Part shown: one piece after another, positions 9,035 to 19,015 of the stretch
Position numbering within the stretch: the stretch's first letter is position 1
Layout of the letters: the number at the start of each line of letters is the position of its first letter
From: Candidatus Methylomirabilales bacterium
Lineage (GTDB): Bacteria; Methylomirabilota; Methylomirabilia; Methylomirabilales; CSP1-5
DNA length: 56,776 nt
Assembly (NCBI GenBank): GCA_046758505.1
Contig: JBHIAH010000011.1
Span: 1-56,776 of the forward strand
Direction of reading: 5' to 3'
Notes under the pieces: model-generated
What the model saw: the letters and a program-made list of their open reading frames with translations, nothing else
The model's database searches: none
Told to the model about the DNA's origin: nothing
Made by a program: the position numbers and the translations under genes

Positions 9035-10189
9035 TTACTGGTGCGCCACCGGGAGGAGGACGGTCACCGCACATCCCTCCTCCTCCGCATCGCCGATCTC
9101 GATGTGTCCCCGGTGGTCCCCCACGATCCGATGACAGATGGCCAATCCGAGGCCGGTCCCCGTGCGCTTGGTGGTAAAAAAAGGATCGAACAGGTGCTCC
9201 CGGGCCTCGGGGGAGAGTCCGGGGCCCTGATCGATCACCCGTACCACCGCCACCGAGAGCCCGAGACACCGCGGCGAGCGACGTTCATACGCGGTCTCCA
9301 GGGTGAGCTCTCCGCCTCCTTCCATCGCCTCGGCCCCGTTCCGAATCAGATTGAGGAAGACCTGACGGGTCTGATCGGGATCGGCAATCACCAGGGGAAC
9401 CTGCGGATCGTAGATCCGCCGAACCGCAACGCCCCGGCGCACCAGCACCGGCTCCTCCAGGGCCAGGATTTCCTCCAGGATTTGGTTGACGTTACACTCC
9501 ACTAAACGAGGAGGGCTGGGCTGGGCGAAGGCGAGCATCCCCTCGACGAGCGAATTCAGGCGGTCCACCTCTCGGATAATGACGTCCGTGTATTCCTTCA
9601 GGGCAGGGGGGAAATTGGACTCCGCCTGGAGAAGCTGCGCCGCTCCCCGGACCCCCATCAGCGGGTTGCGGATCTCATGGGCGATGCCGGCCACCAACGT
9701 TCCCACCGCCGTGAGGCGCTCCGCCCGGCGGACCTGCTCCTCGAGTTCTCGAATCCGGGTGAGGTCCCGGAGGAGGAGGACGCCCCCCCGGGCCTCTCCG
9801 CTGTGGTCCGCCAAGAGCGAGGCGACCGCGCTGACCGAGATTGTTCCCCGGGGATTCAGCACGCTCGCCTCATGTTCGGCATGGGCCCGCCCGGTTTCGA
9901 AGGCGCGATCCACCAGGGCGATGAGGGGAGAGACGTCCCCCAAGAGGCTTGCCAGGGGCCTGCCGTGCGCGGTGGCGGCCGAGATCCCCAGCAGCTCTTC
10001 GGCGGCCGGATTGAGGAAAGTCACCTTGAGCTCGCGGTCGACCACCACCAACCCATCCTGCAGGCTCCCCACAAGATCCTCGTAATAGGCCTGCATATTG
10101 GTAAGGGCCTGTTGGAGCTTTTCGATCTCCCGTCGCTCTCGCACCTGTCTCGCCGCTCCTTTCATCCTCTCCGAGACGCCGCATCGCAA
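9035..10189 (-). CDS. ntrB: PAS-domain sensor histidine kinase, NtrB
   Basis: PAS (NPAAEELLG), H-box GIAHEIRNPL.G.RGAAQLL, N box, DQGPG, FDPFFTTK, GTGLGL; start could be about 24 nt downstream. Confidence 0.88.
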   Translation of the reverse strand: MRCGVSERMKGAARQVRERREIEKLQQALTNMQAYYEDLVGSLQDGLVVVDRELKVTFLNPAAEELLGISAATAHGRPLASLLGDVSPLIALVDRAFETGRAHAEHEASVLNPRGTISVSAVASLLADHSGEARGGVLLLRDLTRIRELEEQVRRAERLTAVGTLVAGIAHEIRNPLMGVRGAAQLLQAESNFPPALKEYTDVIIREVDRLNSLVEGMLAFAQPSPPRLVECNVNQILEEILALEEPVLVRRGVAVRRIYDPQVPLVIADPDQTRQVFLNLIRNGAEAMEGGGELTLETAYERRSPRCLGLSVAVVRVIDQGPGLSPEAREHLFDPFFTTKRTGTGLGLAICHRIVGDHRGHIEIGDAEEEGCAVTVLLPVAHQ

Positions 10190-10424
10190 TCATAACCCAA
10201 TCTGTGACGATCACACAAGCGAGCAGCCTTCTGCCGGGTCTTGCGCCCCCTGGAATGATTGTAAATGCTCAGCATGGCTCACCGGCCGAGCCCTGGCTCA
10301 TACCTTGACAGTTGTTTGGGCCCATGGTACAAACACAGGACTGAGACCCACCGTCAGGGTGAGGGGCGTCCTGCTGGCGACAGGGCGCGGCGAAGAGGCC
10401 TGCATCCTCGCAAGACGAGGTGAT

Positions 10425-11759
10425 ATGCCCGCCGCTTCTCCTTCCTTCAAGTCGAAAGAAGCTCTTCGGGCCCTCTTCCGTCCGCAGAGCGTGGCCGTCA
10501 TCGGCGCCTCGACCGCGCCAGAGAAACTCGGCTATCAGATCTTCAAGAACATCCTTGATGCGGGCTTTCCCGGCCCGGTGTATCCCCTCAATCCCAAGGC
10601 GACCGAGATCCTCGGCCACCCGTGCTTCCCGTCCATCGACGCCATCCCCGGTCAGGTCGATCTCGCCGTCATCATTATCCCCGCGCCGCTCGTGGCCGAC
10701 ACGATTCGGCAGTGTGGCAAGCGCGGGATCAAGGGGGCCATCGTCATCAGCGGCGGCTTCAGCGAGACCGGACCGGAGGGCGAGGTCCTGCAAGGCCAAC
10801 TTGTCGAGGCAGCCCAGGAGGTCGAGGTGGCCGTCATCGGACCAAACTGCCAGGGCGTCAACAACCCGCACCACCCCCTCTGTGCGTCGTGGCCCCTCCT
10901 CACCCGGCGCGGGGGAGTGGCCATCATCTCGCAGAGCGGAACCGTCGGTGCCGCCCTGATGGACTGGGCCTCGCAGGAAGAGCTCGGGGTCTCGACTTTC
11001 GTGAGCCTCGGCAACCGGGCAGACGTGGACGAGGCTGATCTGATTCACTTCTTTGCCCAGGACCCCAAAACCACAACCATCACCATCTACATGGAGGGGG
11101 TCAAGGTCGCTCCCAAGTTCCTCGAAGCCGTCCGACACTGTCACAAGCCCCTGGTGATCTTGAAGGCGGGGTGGACCCCCAAGGGGCGCAAGGCGGCTGA
11201 ATCCCACACCCGGTCCCTCGCCGGCCGCGACGAGGTGTACGAGGGCATCTTCCGCCAGTTCGGTATCCACCGGGCGAGAGACCTCGAGCAGCTCTACGAC
11301 TTCAGCAAGGCGCTCTCGTATCTCTCCCGCCCGAAGGGACGCCGACTCCTCATCGTGACCAGTTCGGGCGGCTCCGGCATCCTGGCCACCGACATGGCGG
11401 AGACGACCGGGCTGGATGTCGCCCCCCTTCCCGACGCGATGGGCCGAACGCTCCGCAAAGTCCTGCCCAAGCACTGCATCGTGGCGAATCCCCTGGACCT
11501 GACGGGCGATGCCACCGCTGAGATGTACCGGCAGGTGGTGGAGGCGGCGGCGGCTCATTTCGATGTGATCGCCCTGATCTTTGGCGATCCGATTCCTGGC
11601 GCCTCGGCGGTGGTCGGCACGGACCCGCTCCAGCTCGTGATTTATCTGGGCGGGGCAGACGTGGAACGCCAAGAGCGACTCCTTTTCCACCGAAAGGGCA
11701 TCCCTGTCTTTCCGACCCCCGAACGCGGCATTCGGGCGCTGGGTGAACTCCTGCGATAG
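10425..11759 (+). CDS. ADP-forming acetate/acyl-CoA ligase, alpha subunit
   Basis: LFRPQSVAVIGAS, IGPNCQG, SQSG, phospho-His AESHT, NPLDLTGDA; GAGG RBS before ATG 10425. Confidence 0.9.
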   Translation: MPAASPSFKSKEALRALFRPQSVAVIGASTAPEKLGYQIFKNILDAGFPGPVYPLNPKATEILGHPCFPSIDAIPGQVDLAVIIIPAPLVADTIRQCGKRGIKGAIVISGGFSETGPEGEVLQGQLVEAAQEVEVAVIGPNCQGVNNPHHPLCASWPLLTRRGGVAIISQSGTVGAALMDWASQEELGVSTFVSLGNRADVDEADLIHFFAQDPKTTTITIYMEGVKVAPKFLEAVRHCHKPLVILKAGWTPKGRKAAESHTRSLAGRDEVYEGIFRQFGIHRARDLEQLYDFSKALSYLSRPKGRRLLIVTSSGGSGILATDMAETTGLDVAPLPDAMGRTLRKVLPKHCIVANPLDLTGDATAEMYRQVVEAAAAHFDVIALIFGDPIPGASAVVGTDPLQLVIYLGGADVERQERLLFHRKGIPVFPTPERGIRALGELLR

Positions 11760-11768
11760 GGAGTCATC

Positions 11769-12464
11769 ATGACGATCGCGATCGGCAAGGCGATTCAGGA
11801 AGGTCGGAATCTCCTCGAACCGGAAGCGTACGAGCTGCTCGCGTATTACGACGTCTCGGTCCCCCCCCACCGGTATGTCACCTCGGCCGAGGAGGCCGAG
11901 GCGGCGGCGGCCGACATCGGCTACCCGGTGGTGGCCAAGATTGTCTCTCCGGATATCGTGCACAAGACCGAGGCGGGGGGCGTTCTCCTCAACCTCAACG
12001 ACGGAGCACAAATTCGGGAGGCCTACCAAGAGATCACCACCCGTGCCCGCCAGGGCAGCGCGGCCGTTCACGGTGTCCTGATCAGCCGGATGGCCCCCCC
12101 GGGTACCGAGGTGATCGTCGGCCTCACCCAGGATTCCCAGTTCGGACCGGTGGTGATGTTCGGCCTGGGAGGAGCCTTCGTCGAGGTCTACCAGGACGTC
12201 AGCTTCCGCCTCGTCCCCCTCACCAAACGGGATGCGGCGGCGATGATCCAGGAGGTCAAGGCCTTGCCGATCCTGCAGGGGGTCCGGGGGGGGAGACCTC
12301 GAGACCTCAGGGCCCTCACCGATTTGCTCCTGAAGGTCTCACAAATCGCAGAAGAGAACCTGGAAATCGCCGAGATGGATCTGAATCCGGTCCTCGTCTA
12401 CGAAAAGGGGCTCAGCGTGGTGGACGCCCGGGTTCTTCTCCATCACAAAGCTCCCGCCGCCTAG
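11769..12464 (+). CDS. ADP-forming acetate/acyl-CoA ligase, beta (ATP-grasp) subunit
   Basis: GYPVVAKIVSPDIVHKTEAGGV, FGPVVMFGLGG, EMDLNP, VDARV. Confidence 0.92.
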   Translation: MTIAIGKAIQEGRNLLEPEAYELLAYYDVSVPPHRYVTSAEEAEAAAADIGYPVVAKIVSPDIVHKTEAGGVLLNLNDGAQIREAYQEITTRARQGSAAVHGVLISRMAPPGTEVIVGLTQDSQFGPVVMFGLGGAFVEVYQDVSFRLVPLTKRDAAAMIQEVKALPILQGVRGGRPRDLRALTDLLLKVSQIAEENLEIAEMDLNPVLVYEKGLSVVDARVLLHHKAPAA

Positions 12465-12491
12465 CCTGCGCACTCTGCCGGAGGGAACGAG

Positions 12492-12704
12492 CTGCCTCGA
12501 GAGCTTCCGAAGGCGTCCGATGCTCCGCGCTGTGCCTGGTGTGGCCTTCCGATCCGCTTCAACGTCCTTTCCGTGGAGGACGACAAGGCGGCCGCGAAAG
12601 TCTACCACGAGGACTGCTACCGCTACGGCCTCATGCTCGAACCTGAACAAATCGGCTGGACGCCTCTCGCGCGTCGCTCCCGAACTTCCCCCTCAGAGCA
12701 ATGA
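12492..12704 (+). CDS. small zinc-finger protein (CxxC-x21-HxxC), CTG start, not in the ORF track
   Basis: GGAGG at 12480-12484, 7 nt before CTG; translates ...RCAWCGLPIRFNVLSVEDDKAAAKVYHEDCYRYGL... Confidence 0.55.
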   Translation: MPRELPKASDAPRCAWCGLPIRFNVLSVEDDKAAAKVYHEDCYRYGLMLEPEQIGWTPLARRSRTSPSEQ

Positions 12705-12877
12705 CCACTGTCGAGACTCCTACCCCCTCCCTTCGCTACCCGGGTGAGTGATCGCGGCCGCCAGATCTCGTTCAGCCTCCACCGTCGTTACCAGGGGGGA
12801 AGGCTCGACCCTGGAATCCGCATCGCGCGAACCCCACCAGAAAGAGACAACGCGCACCGGAGCCGCACGGCGGGCTT

Positions 12878-13483
12878 TCAGGGTTCCACCCCTGCATTCT
12901 CGAGTTCCTTTTGCAATTGCTGTATCCCCCCGCCCGCGTATATCACGACTGTGACCCCCAATTCTTTCGCATGCGACGCATGCTTCTCGTTGTCATCCAC
13001 GTACACGATTTCACCAGCCTTAACTCCCGATTTGCGTACCATCACCTTCGCAAAGTCTTTGTCCATCTTGCTCAGGCCGTGCATAAATGAATAGACCTCG
13101 ACATCGAACAGCCGTCGAAACCTGTACTTTTCCTCGAGAAAGTCCACTCGGCTCTTGATGTTGCCCGAAAAGGCAACGATTGTGTATTTGCCTTGCAGCC
13201 TCGCGATCAGCCGAAAGATGTCTTCGTCTTTCACGTATGCGTCATACCATTCCCTTTGTATGAGGTGAACGTCGTAATGGTCGGGGAGTTGTTGCTTCGC
13301 CCAGGCCCAAAACTCGGCATCAGCAATCCGTCCCTTTCTCAATGCGATACTCTTTGGCGACATGAACAACCCGAGAATCCGATCCTTCTGATAGCCGCGC
13401 TCCCTGGATAACTTCTCCGCCGCGACGGAATTCCCTTCGGCGAAAAGGACCCCGCCCAGATCAAACGCGATCGCCTTGATCAT
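12878..13483 (-). CDS. HAD-superfamily hydrolase (YihX-like)
   Basis: MIKAIAFDLGGVL motif I; YVDDNEKH motif IV. Confidence 0.85.
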   Translation of the reverse strand: MIKAIAFDLGGVLFAEGNSVAAEKLSRERGYQKDRILGLFMSPKSIALRKGRIADAEFWAWAKQQLPDHYDVHLIQREWYDAYVKDEDIFRLIARLQGKYTIVAFSGNIKSRVDFLEEKYRFRRLFDVEVYSFMHGLSKMDKDFAKVMVRKSGVKAGEIVYVDDNEKHASHAKELGVTVVIYAGGGIQQLQKELENAGVEP

Positions 13484-13784
13484 GTATCTGCTGCCTCCGT
13501 TGGATACAATTGAACCGCTCGTGCGCCGACGGTCTCCCGGAATGCCGTCTCCGGCACAAGATCACCACCAGAGTTCTCTCTCGGGATCTTTGCCGCCATG
13601 GATGCTTTTCTTTCTTGTCTGGGTCTGACGTTTTGCATAGTATCTGTCGTGGTCTGCCCACGTGAATCCTTGCGGCACGGCAGGTATCGTACCTCTCAAT
13701 GAGAAGCCGTGCAAGGGCGAAGCAGGTGCAGGCCCGACTCACCCACGGTGAATCCTGATCGCGACAGGGAGATAAAGCTTTCGC

Positions 13785-14468
13785 ATGGCCACGTGTAAAC
13801 GCAGCATCACGAACTATCTGAGAGGCCTCTTCGGCGCCCCCCAACGCCAGATTCAGATAGAGCTAGACGAATACCTCGAGAAGCTGAATCTCATCGCCGT
13901 GGATATGCGGGAGGCGCTGCGGGCCTATCTCAGTCAGGACAGGGAGGAGTTTCTCCGCCTTTTCGGGCGGATCAACGAGTTGGAGAACCGCCTGGACACG
14001 CTCCGCCGCGACATCGAGGAGCAGATTTACGGGCAGCGGTTGCTGCCAGATACCCGCGACGACATCCTGGGATTGCTTGAAAATCTGGATAAGATCCCAA
14101 ACCGCATGCAATCGACCACACGAGAGATTACGTTGCAGAAAATGCGGATCCCGGAGCACCTGCACGCCGGCCTGACCGAACTGGCGGGCCTGGGCGTGCA
14201 GATTGTACAGGTGCTGATCCGGGTGATCCACGCGTTCCTCCACCAGCCGCACGATGTCAGACAAGTGGTGCGGGAGCTGTCGCGGCACGAACATGAGGGG
14301 GATGCGATCGAACAGGACGTGTTGAAGCTTATCTTCGATGATGCGGGCCTGGGGTTAGCCGAAAAGATGCAGCTCTACCGCTTCGTCGAGCGTGTGGGCT
14401 CGATCTGCGACTTGGCCGAAGACCTGGGAGACCACATCATGATCTCGGCCATCAAGCGCCTGTTGTAA
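13785..14468 (+). CDS. DUF47 / PhoU-like phosphate transport regulator
   Basis: Repeated ExxxD helices (ENRLDTLRR, EHEGDAIE), LLPDTRDD; adjacent to a PiT transporter. Confidence 0.85.
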   Translation: MATCKRSITNYLRGLFGAPQRQIQIELDEYLEKLNLIAVDMREALRAYLSQDREEFLRLFGRINELENRLDTLRRDIEEQIYGQRLLPDTRDDILGLLENLDKIPNRMQSTTREITLQKMRIPEHLHAGLTELAGLGVQIVQVLIRVIHAFLHQPHDVRQVVRELSRHEHEGDAIEQDVLKLIFDDAGLGLAEKMQLYRFVERVGSICDLAEDLGDHIMISAIKRLL

Positions 14469-14470
14469 CA

Positions 14471-15481
14471 ATGTGGCTCGGACTCTCCAGCGGCCTACTG
14501 ATGGGCTGGAGCCTGGGCGCCAACGACGGGGCCAATGTCTTTGGCACGGCGGTCGCCGCGCACATGGTCCGCTTCGCCACCGCGGCCGGGCTATGCGCCA
14601 CCTTCATCGTCCTCGGTGGCCTGGTGAACGGGCCGGCTGCGATGGAGACGCTCGGCAGGTTCGGGCAGATCAACACGCTCGCCGGCGCGTTTGCGACCGC
14701 CCTGGCGGCGGCGGTCGCCGTTGCCGGCATGGTGCGGATCGGTATGCCGGTTTCCACCTCGCAGGCCATTGTCGGCGCGTTAATCGGCTACCGTCTGTTT
14801 CAGCACGGCAGCCTCGATGCGGCGAGCGGGCGCCTCCTCTGGACGATCATCGTCACCTGGGCGGCCTGCCCCGTCCTTTCTGCGGCCGCCGCATTCCTCA
14901 TCTACAAAGGGACGGCATGGGGGTTTCGTCGATTGCCCATGCCGCTTTTCGCGCTGGATCGGTGGTTGCGATTCGGGCTGCTCGCGGTGGGCTCCTACGG
15001 GGCCTGGGCCCTCGGCGGCAACAACATGGCAAACGTCGTCGGCGTCTACACGCGCCTCGACCTTTTCGAGCCCGTGCGGCTCGGGTCGTGGTTGCTCTCG
15101 GAGGCCAGGATACTGGCCCTTCTCGGCGGCGCGGCCATGGCGCTCGGCGTTGCCACCTATTCCTACCGCGTCATGCTGACGGTCGGCCGGGACCTGGTAA
15201 AACTCGATGCCATCACCGCATTGATCGCGGTCCTCGCCGAGGCGCTGGTCGTCGATTTTTTCGCCCACGCATGGACGGTAGGCCCATTCGCCCTCCCGGC
15301 CATCCCGGTTTCTGCCACCCAGGCGCTCGTCGGCGCGGTCGTGGGGATCGGTCTCGCCCGCGGTATCCAGAACATCAAGGGACGTGTCCTCTTGAATATC
15401 GTCGCATGTTGGGTAATCACACCGGTCATTGCCGCTTTCCTCGCGTATATCCTCCTGCCCGTAGTTCTGCAGTTCACGTGA
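14471..15481 (+). CDS. PiT family inorganic phosphate transporter
   Basis: GANDGANVFGT, PVSTSQAIVG, GNNMANVVG, PVSATQA signatures. Confidence 0.92.
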   Translation: MWLGLSSGLLMGWSLGANDGANVFGTAVAAHMVRFATAAGLCATFIVLGGLVNGPAAMETLGRFGQINTLAGAFATALAAAVAVAGMVRIGMPVSTSQAIVGALIGYRLFQHGSLDAASGRLLWTIIVTWAACPVLSAAAAFLIYKGTAWGFRRLPMPLFALDRWLRFGLLAVGSYGAWALGGNNMANVVGVYTRLDLFEPVRLGSWLLSEARILALLGGAAMALGVATYSYRVMLTVGRDLVKLDAITALIAVLAEALVVDFFAHAWTVGPFALPAIPVSATQALVGAVVGIGLARGIQNIKGRVLLNIVACWVITPVIAAFLAYILLPVVLQFT

Positions 15482-15605
15482 TCCGCGTGACCGAGAAACA
15501 GGGGGCAATGCGCACCCGCATCTTCTGGCAGCACGATTCCGCCGCGAAAGCGACTTGACGACATCAAGGGGGGAAGGTATTACCCTCAACCAAGCGGGGC
15601 TAATC

Positions 15606-15842
15606 GTGAGCGAGAATTTTGATTTGCTCCGTGAAATACACATCCAGATAAGAACAAACAGAAAGCGATATGTCCACGCGATGCCCGGTGCAGACGGACA
15701 TCTTTGCGGGGGGCGCATCGTATGGATTCCCCCCGTATTGGAAAAGGATACGGGAAAGTTCTATGATCTTGTCTGCTTCGAGTGTGAACAGCCTATCACT
15801 CATCCCCTCCAAGTTGAGGAGGAGCGAGAGGAAGGGAGGTGA
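15606..15842 (+). CDS. hypothetical small protein, possible zinc ribbon
   Basis: H..CGG...CFEC; promoter-like TTGACG...TATTAC upstream suggests GTG 15606 rather than TTG 15555. Confidence 0.4.
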   Translation: MSENFDLLREIHIQIRTNRKRYVHAMPGADGHLCGGRIVWIPPVLEKDTGKFYDLVCFECEQPITHPLQVEEEREEGR

Positions 15843-15900
15843 CGGCGGTCCAGATGTGAAGTCGGATATCCTCAACCTGTAACCGTGAAAGGAGCGACAA

Positions 15901-16356
15901 ATGTCTCACGATCTCGCCCAAAGGATTCGGTCGAGCGGTTTGGTTTCACAAGGGCAAGTATTGTATCGAGGACTGAGGGCGGTCCTTCGAATGGCTATAG
16001 ATGAGGGCCACACAACAGAGGAAATTTTCGCTGCCTTCGAACCTCAGCACGGCCACGAGCCTGACTGGACACCCATCGTGGCTCTCGTACTTGAGGACCT
16101 GACCATCGAGGCCCTACCCATAACTGGTTGCCCCGCCCACCGTTCACTAATCCCGCCTCATGCCCTGCCCCGCGATGGGGCAGCGGCGGAGGTAAAAAGG
16201 TTGATCCGGTTACAGAACAGTAAAGTCGGGCGAACCCGCCTCATGGCTTGGCTGGACGCTCCGCAACGTAATCGCCCCTCCAAGTGTACACGACCTGCAT
16301 GGTTTGCTCTTGCTCTCCTAAACGTTCCTGCCATTCCTCCACGATGCTCGGTCTAA
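15901..16356 (+). CDS. hypothetical protein (C-terminal part may be spurious read-through)
   Basis: AAAGGAG RBS before ATG; 3' part overlaps a convergent ORF by more than 100 nt. Confidence 0.4.
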   Translation: MSHDLAQRIRSSGLVSQGQVLYRGLRAVLRMAIDEGHTTEEIFAAFEPQHGHEPDWTPIVALVLEDLTIEALPITGCPAHRSLIPPHALPRDGAAAEVKRLIRLQNSKVGRTRLMAWLDAPQRNRPSKCTRPAWFALALLNVPAIPPRCSV

Positions 16357-16555
16357 CCTCCCGAGCCCCCGCAATGGCGGCTTCCATCGTGATACCAGAC
16401 GACACAAGGTCTTGCTTTGTTACTGTGAAATAGAGCCCGATCTTAGGGGTGTCATCCGGAGAATAGATTGATGCTTCAGCCACCACGAATGTGTCAACCA
16501 TATCGGGACATTTGCGTATCGCGTCTGGCTCATAGTCCCTGTAGTAGGTCTTCAT
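16241..16555 (-). CDS. hypothetical protein
   Basis: 104-aa ORF with GGGGTG RBS and globular composition. Confidence 0.5.
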   Translation of the reverse strand: MKTYYRDYEPDAIRKCPDMVDTFVVAEASIYSPDDTPKIGLYFTVTKQDLVSSGITMEAAIAGAREVRPSIVEEWQERLGEQEQTMQVVYTWRGDYVAERPAKP

Positions 16556-16650
16556 TCTACATCACCCCCTGCTGCTGCCCCGTCCTCGTCGAGTGGCGGT
16601 TCTCCCGCTCCACCCGGTTTAGCTGTCGTGCCAGGGTTTCCCTCGTTGGC

Positions 16651-17061
16651 TCATTCATCGCTGGCTCCCGTCTCGGGCCCACTTGGACGTCTCTTCGCTT
16701 CAAACTCTTCTTTCTCGTTGTGAACGATCTTCCAAGTGCCGTCAGGCTGCTGCTCCTCGACATGGTGAGTCTTTAGCGTGCTATGAGGGTCAGACCTATC
16801 AACGATCAGTGTTTCGCGTGCGAGGATACCGTGCCATGACCGCTTGATGCGATTTACTATGGTTATCAACCATCCCGGAAAACCAGGCCGACGCTGCCGG
16901 AGGCGCATTCCCGGGAGACCCTCCGCGCGAGCCCCAAAAAGCAGGTGGACGGTATGAGCTGTGCCACCGCATTTCGGACAGCACCATCCTTGGGAGTCGG
17001 ACTCCGAGACATAACCACAAGTTTGGCAACTTATTTTCTCCTTCGCCACCGCCGTCCCCAC
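16651..17061 (-). CDS. hypothetical protein with N-terminal zinc ribbon
   Basis: CQTCG...CCPKCGG; purine-rich sequence upstream. Confidence 0.55.
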   Translation of the reverse strand: MGTAVAKEKISCQTCGYVSESDSQGWCCPKCGGTAHTVHLLFGARAEGLPGMRLRQRRPGFPGWLITIVNRIKRSWHGILARETLIVDRSDPHSTLKTHHVEEQQPDGTWKIVHNEKEEFEAKRRPSGPETGASDE

Positions 17062-17241
17062 TATCTGTATCTCTACCTTCCCCGCCTCCCCTCCAACTCC
17101 CGTCTTACCGGCCTAATCTCCTGCAGGACCTCTTCATTGGTCACCAGCCCCTTCTACACGAGCACGCGCCTAACTGGCCTTCCTCCTCGCTTCTCTACAC
17201 AACGGGAAAGACCAACAGAATCCCGCTCATTGCGTTAACTG

Positions 17242-18144
17242 TTATCGAGCCTCACCTATCATTTGTCGATATTGTTCACACCGCTCCGGAAAAGCCCTCT
17301 CCAGGCGATCCCTCAAATACTCGTAAGCTCGCATGAAGGCCCGGACACGCCCAGGCCAAATCGGATCTGTTACCTCGGGAAACGCATCCCCGAGGGCGCG
17401 AAACACTCGTACTTGGGTTGCGAGAAAAAAGAAAACCTCGACAAAGTAGCTGAACGGATCGTCCTCCCGCACGTCTTGGTATCTCAGCAAGACCTCATTG
17501 GGCTGGCGGTCCAATACCAGGCCCAGGATGGCCGATTCAAAACGCACATGCATAGAGGCTGCCGAACCTCGTTCGTATGCCCCGGTTAAATCTAATTGCT
17601 CGAGCACCTCACGGATCCTCGGCTGAACTTCCCTGTGGAATCGAATGCCTTCAATGTCGGTCGTCAGTCCGAACCAACGGTTAGCAAAAGGTGGATCGTC
17701 ACGCATGAGAAAGAGGAGCGCCAACGACTCCGCCTCCTGCCGACAATACCCCGTGGCTGAAACAATGCGCATACGCAGCAGATCGGTAGCACCGAACATA
17801 AACTGGCGCTGCAAGAGCAAGAAAAGGATACCCCGTGCCCTACGCGCTAAGCCGCTCTGAATTGCGAGGCGCCCCTGATTGAGTACCGGATCTTGAGCCT
17901 CGGAATCAATCCGTACGAGTAACGTATCTTGGTCGATTTTCAACTCTCTAGCACACGCGGCAAGAGTTGCCATGTCAGCTGAATCGTCCAGTGCACCTTC
18001 CATACAGCGGCGGAAGGCGGTGAACATCCCAGCGGCCGTATCCAGGGCCCTTGAAAACTCGGGGTCTAAGCCAGTTAGTAGTATCCGACGGGAATTTTGG
18101 ATATTATCAGCGTCGACCTGTATGAGTTCGTCAAGTTCGGGCAT
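17242..18144 (-). CDS. hypothetical alpha-helical protein (possibly DUF5677/HEPN-like)
   Basis: 300-aa ORF with GGAGA RBS; R..E (CRQEAE) and Y...S...MH (AYERGSAASMH) pattern; visibly lower GC. Confidence 0.6.
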   Translation of the reverse strand: MPELDELIQVDADNIQNSRRILLTGLDPEFSRALDTAAGMFTAFRRCMEGALDDSADMATLAACARELKIDQDTLLVRIDSEAQDPVLNQGRLAIQSGLARRARGILFLLLQRQFMFGATDLLRMRIVSATGYCRQEAESLALLFLMRDDPPFANRWFGLTTDIEGIRFHREVQPRIREVLEQLDLTGAYERGSAASMHVRFESAILGLVLDRQPNEVLLRYQDVREDDPFSYFVEVFFFLATQVRVFRALGDAFPEVTDPIWPGRVRAFMRAYEYLRDRLERAFPERCEQYRQMIGEAR

Positions 18145-18395
18145 TACGTCTTCTCCCTGCCCAATGGGTTCTGTGGATGTTTTCCGCGAAGTAGCCCCGG
18201 AACCCTCAACTCCACAGCCCCCGTCCAGTCTCCCTCGCCTCCCGCTGGAGTCTCAAAAAGAGTTCCTGATACTTCACATTAGGCGGCACCGTCATGGCCT
18301 GGCCCCAAGTGTTTCACGCAAGTCCCACAACCGCTCTATCGTCATCTAGCCCGTCACTCTTGCACCTCTCCTAGACTGGAAGACGGTCCGAGCTA

Positions 18396-19013
18396 CTAAC
18401 TGGATACGGGCCAAAGTTTGTCCTTGTCGAGGCGCTTGTCGATCACCTGGGGAGATACATCAAAGCGATCCGCCAGCCAATCAGCGATATACGGACGTGC
18501 CACCTCACCAACTTTCTGGATCGAGAGACCCACGTTCCGCGCTGCCCTGATCGCCCTTCCATACGCATCGCGAAGAGGTTCAGCAGGCACCAGGATCAGA
18601 CCGGCAAAGGCGTACGCCTGCCATTCCAGCCAGCGTCTATCCTCCTCGTCCATCTCAAGCTGGACCCGCTTCCAGTCTTCGACCCGGCGGAATCGGTGTG
18701 CCTGGTAGATACGCCGGTGCAGGACCGCGTGGGCCAGCTCATGGGCCAGGGTGAACCGGTAGCGCCTTGGGCGATGCCCGTAGACGAATTCATCTACCGT
18801 GATAGCTTTCAGGTTACTGGAGATGAATCCGTCTACCTCAAACGCGTCGTGAAGTCCCGGGACGGGAATGATGTCGATCCGGTAGCGGAACTCGACGATC
18901 TCCTCGATGGGAACCGGAACATCCCCTGATGGATGATGAGTCCGGAGAAAGTCATTGGCCCTGCGGCGCAGGTCCTCGTACGAGAGGATGGGGGGGCGTA
19001 GGCTGCTAGGCAC
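18396..19013 (-). CDS. ImmA/IrrE family metallopeptidase
   Basis: PVPIEEI, RYRFTLAHELAH (HExxH), EWQAYAFAGLILVP, FDVS. Confidence 0.9.
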   Translation of the reverse strand: MPSSLRPPILSYEDLRRRANDFLRTHHPSGDVPVPIEEIVEFRYRIDIIPVPGLHDAFEVDGFISSNLKAITVDEFVYGHRPRRYRFTLAHELAHAVLHRRIYQAHRFRRVEDWKRVQLEMDEEDRRWLEWQAYAFAGLILVPAEPLRDAYGRAIRAARNVGLSIQKVGEVARPYIADWLADRFDVSPQVIDKRLDKDKLWPVSS

Positions 19014-19015
19014 GC

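Noticed and set aside
7337..9505. 722-aa plus-strand ORF
   Set aside because: Antisense shadow of ntrC/ntrB with no motifs; typical of high-GC DNA. The same applies to 10269-12071, 39302-41167 and 50038-51960.
12520..12747. 75-aa ATG ORF from the track
   Set aside because: Low-information Arg/Ser/Thr-rich translation; the overlapping CTG frame has an RBS and a zinc-finger motif.
13600..13700. Pho box upstream of DUF47-pit
   Set aside because: Only one weak CTGTCGT half-site; no convincing 11-bp tandem repeat.
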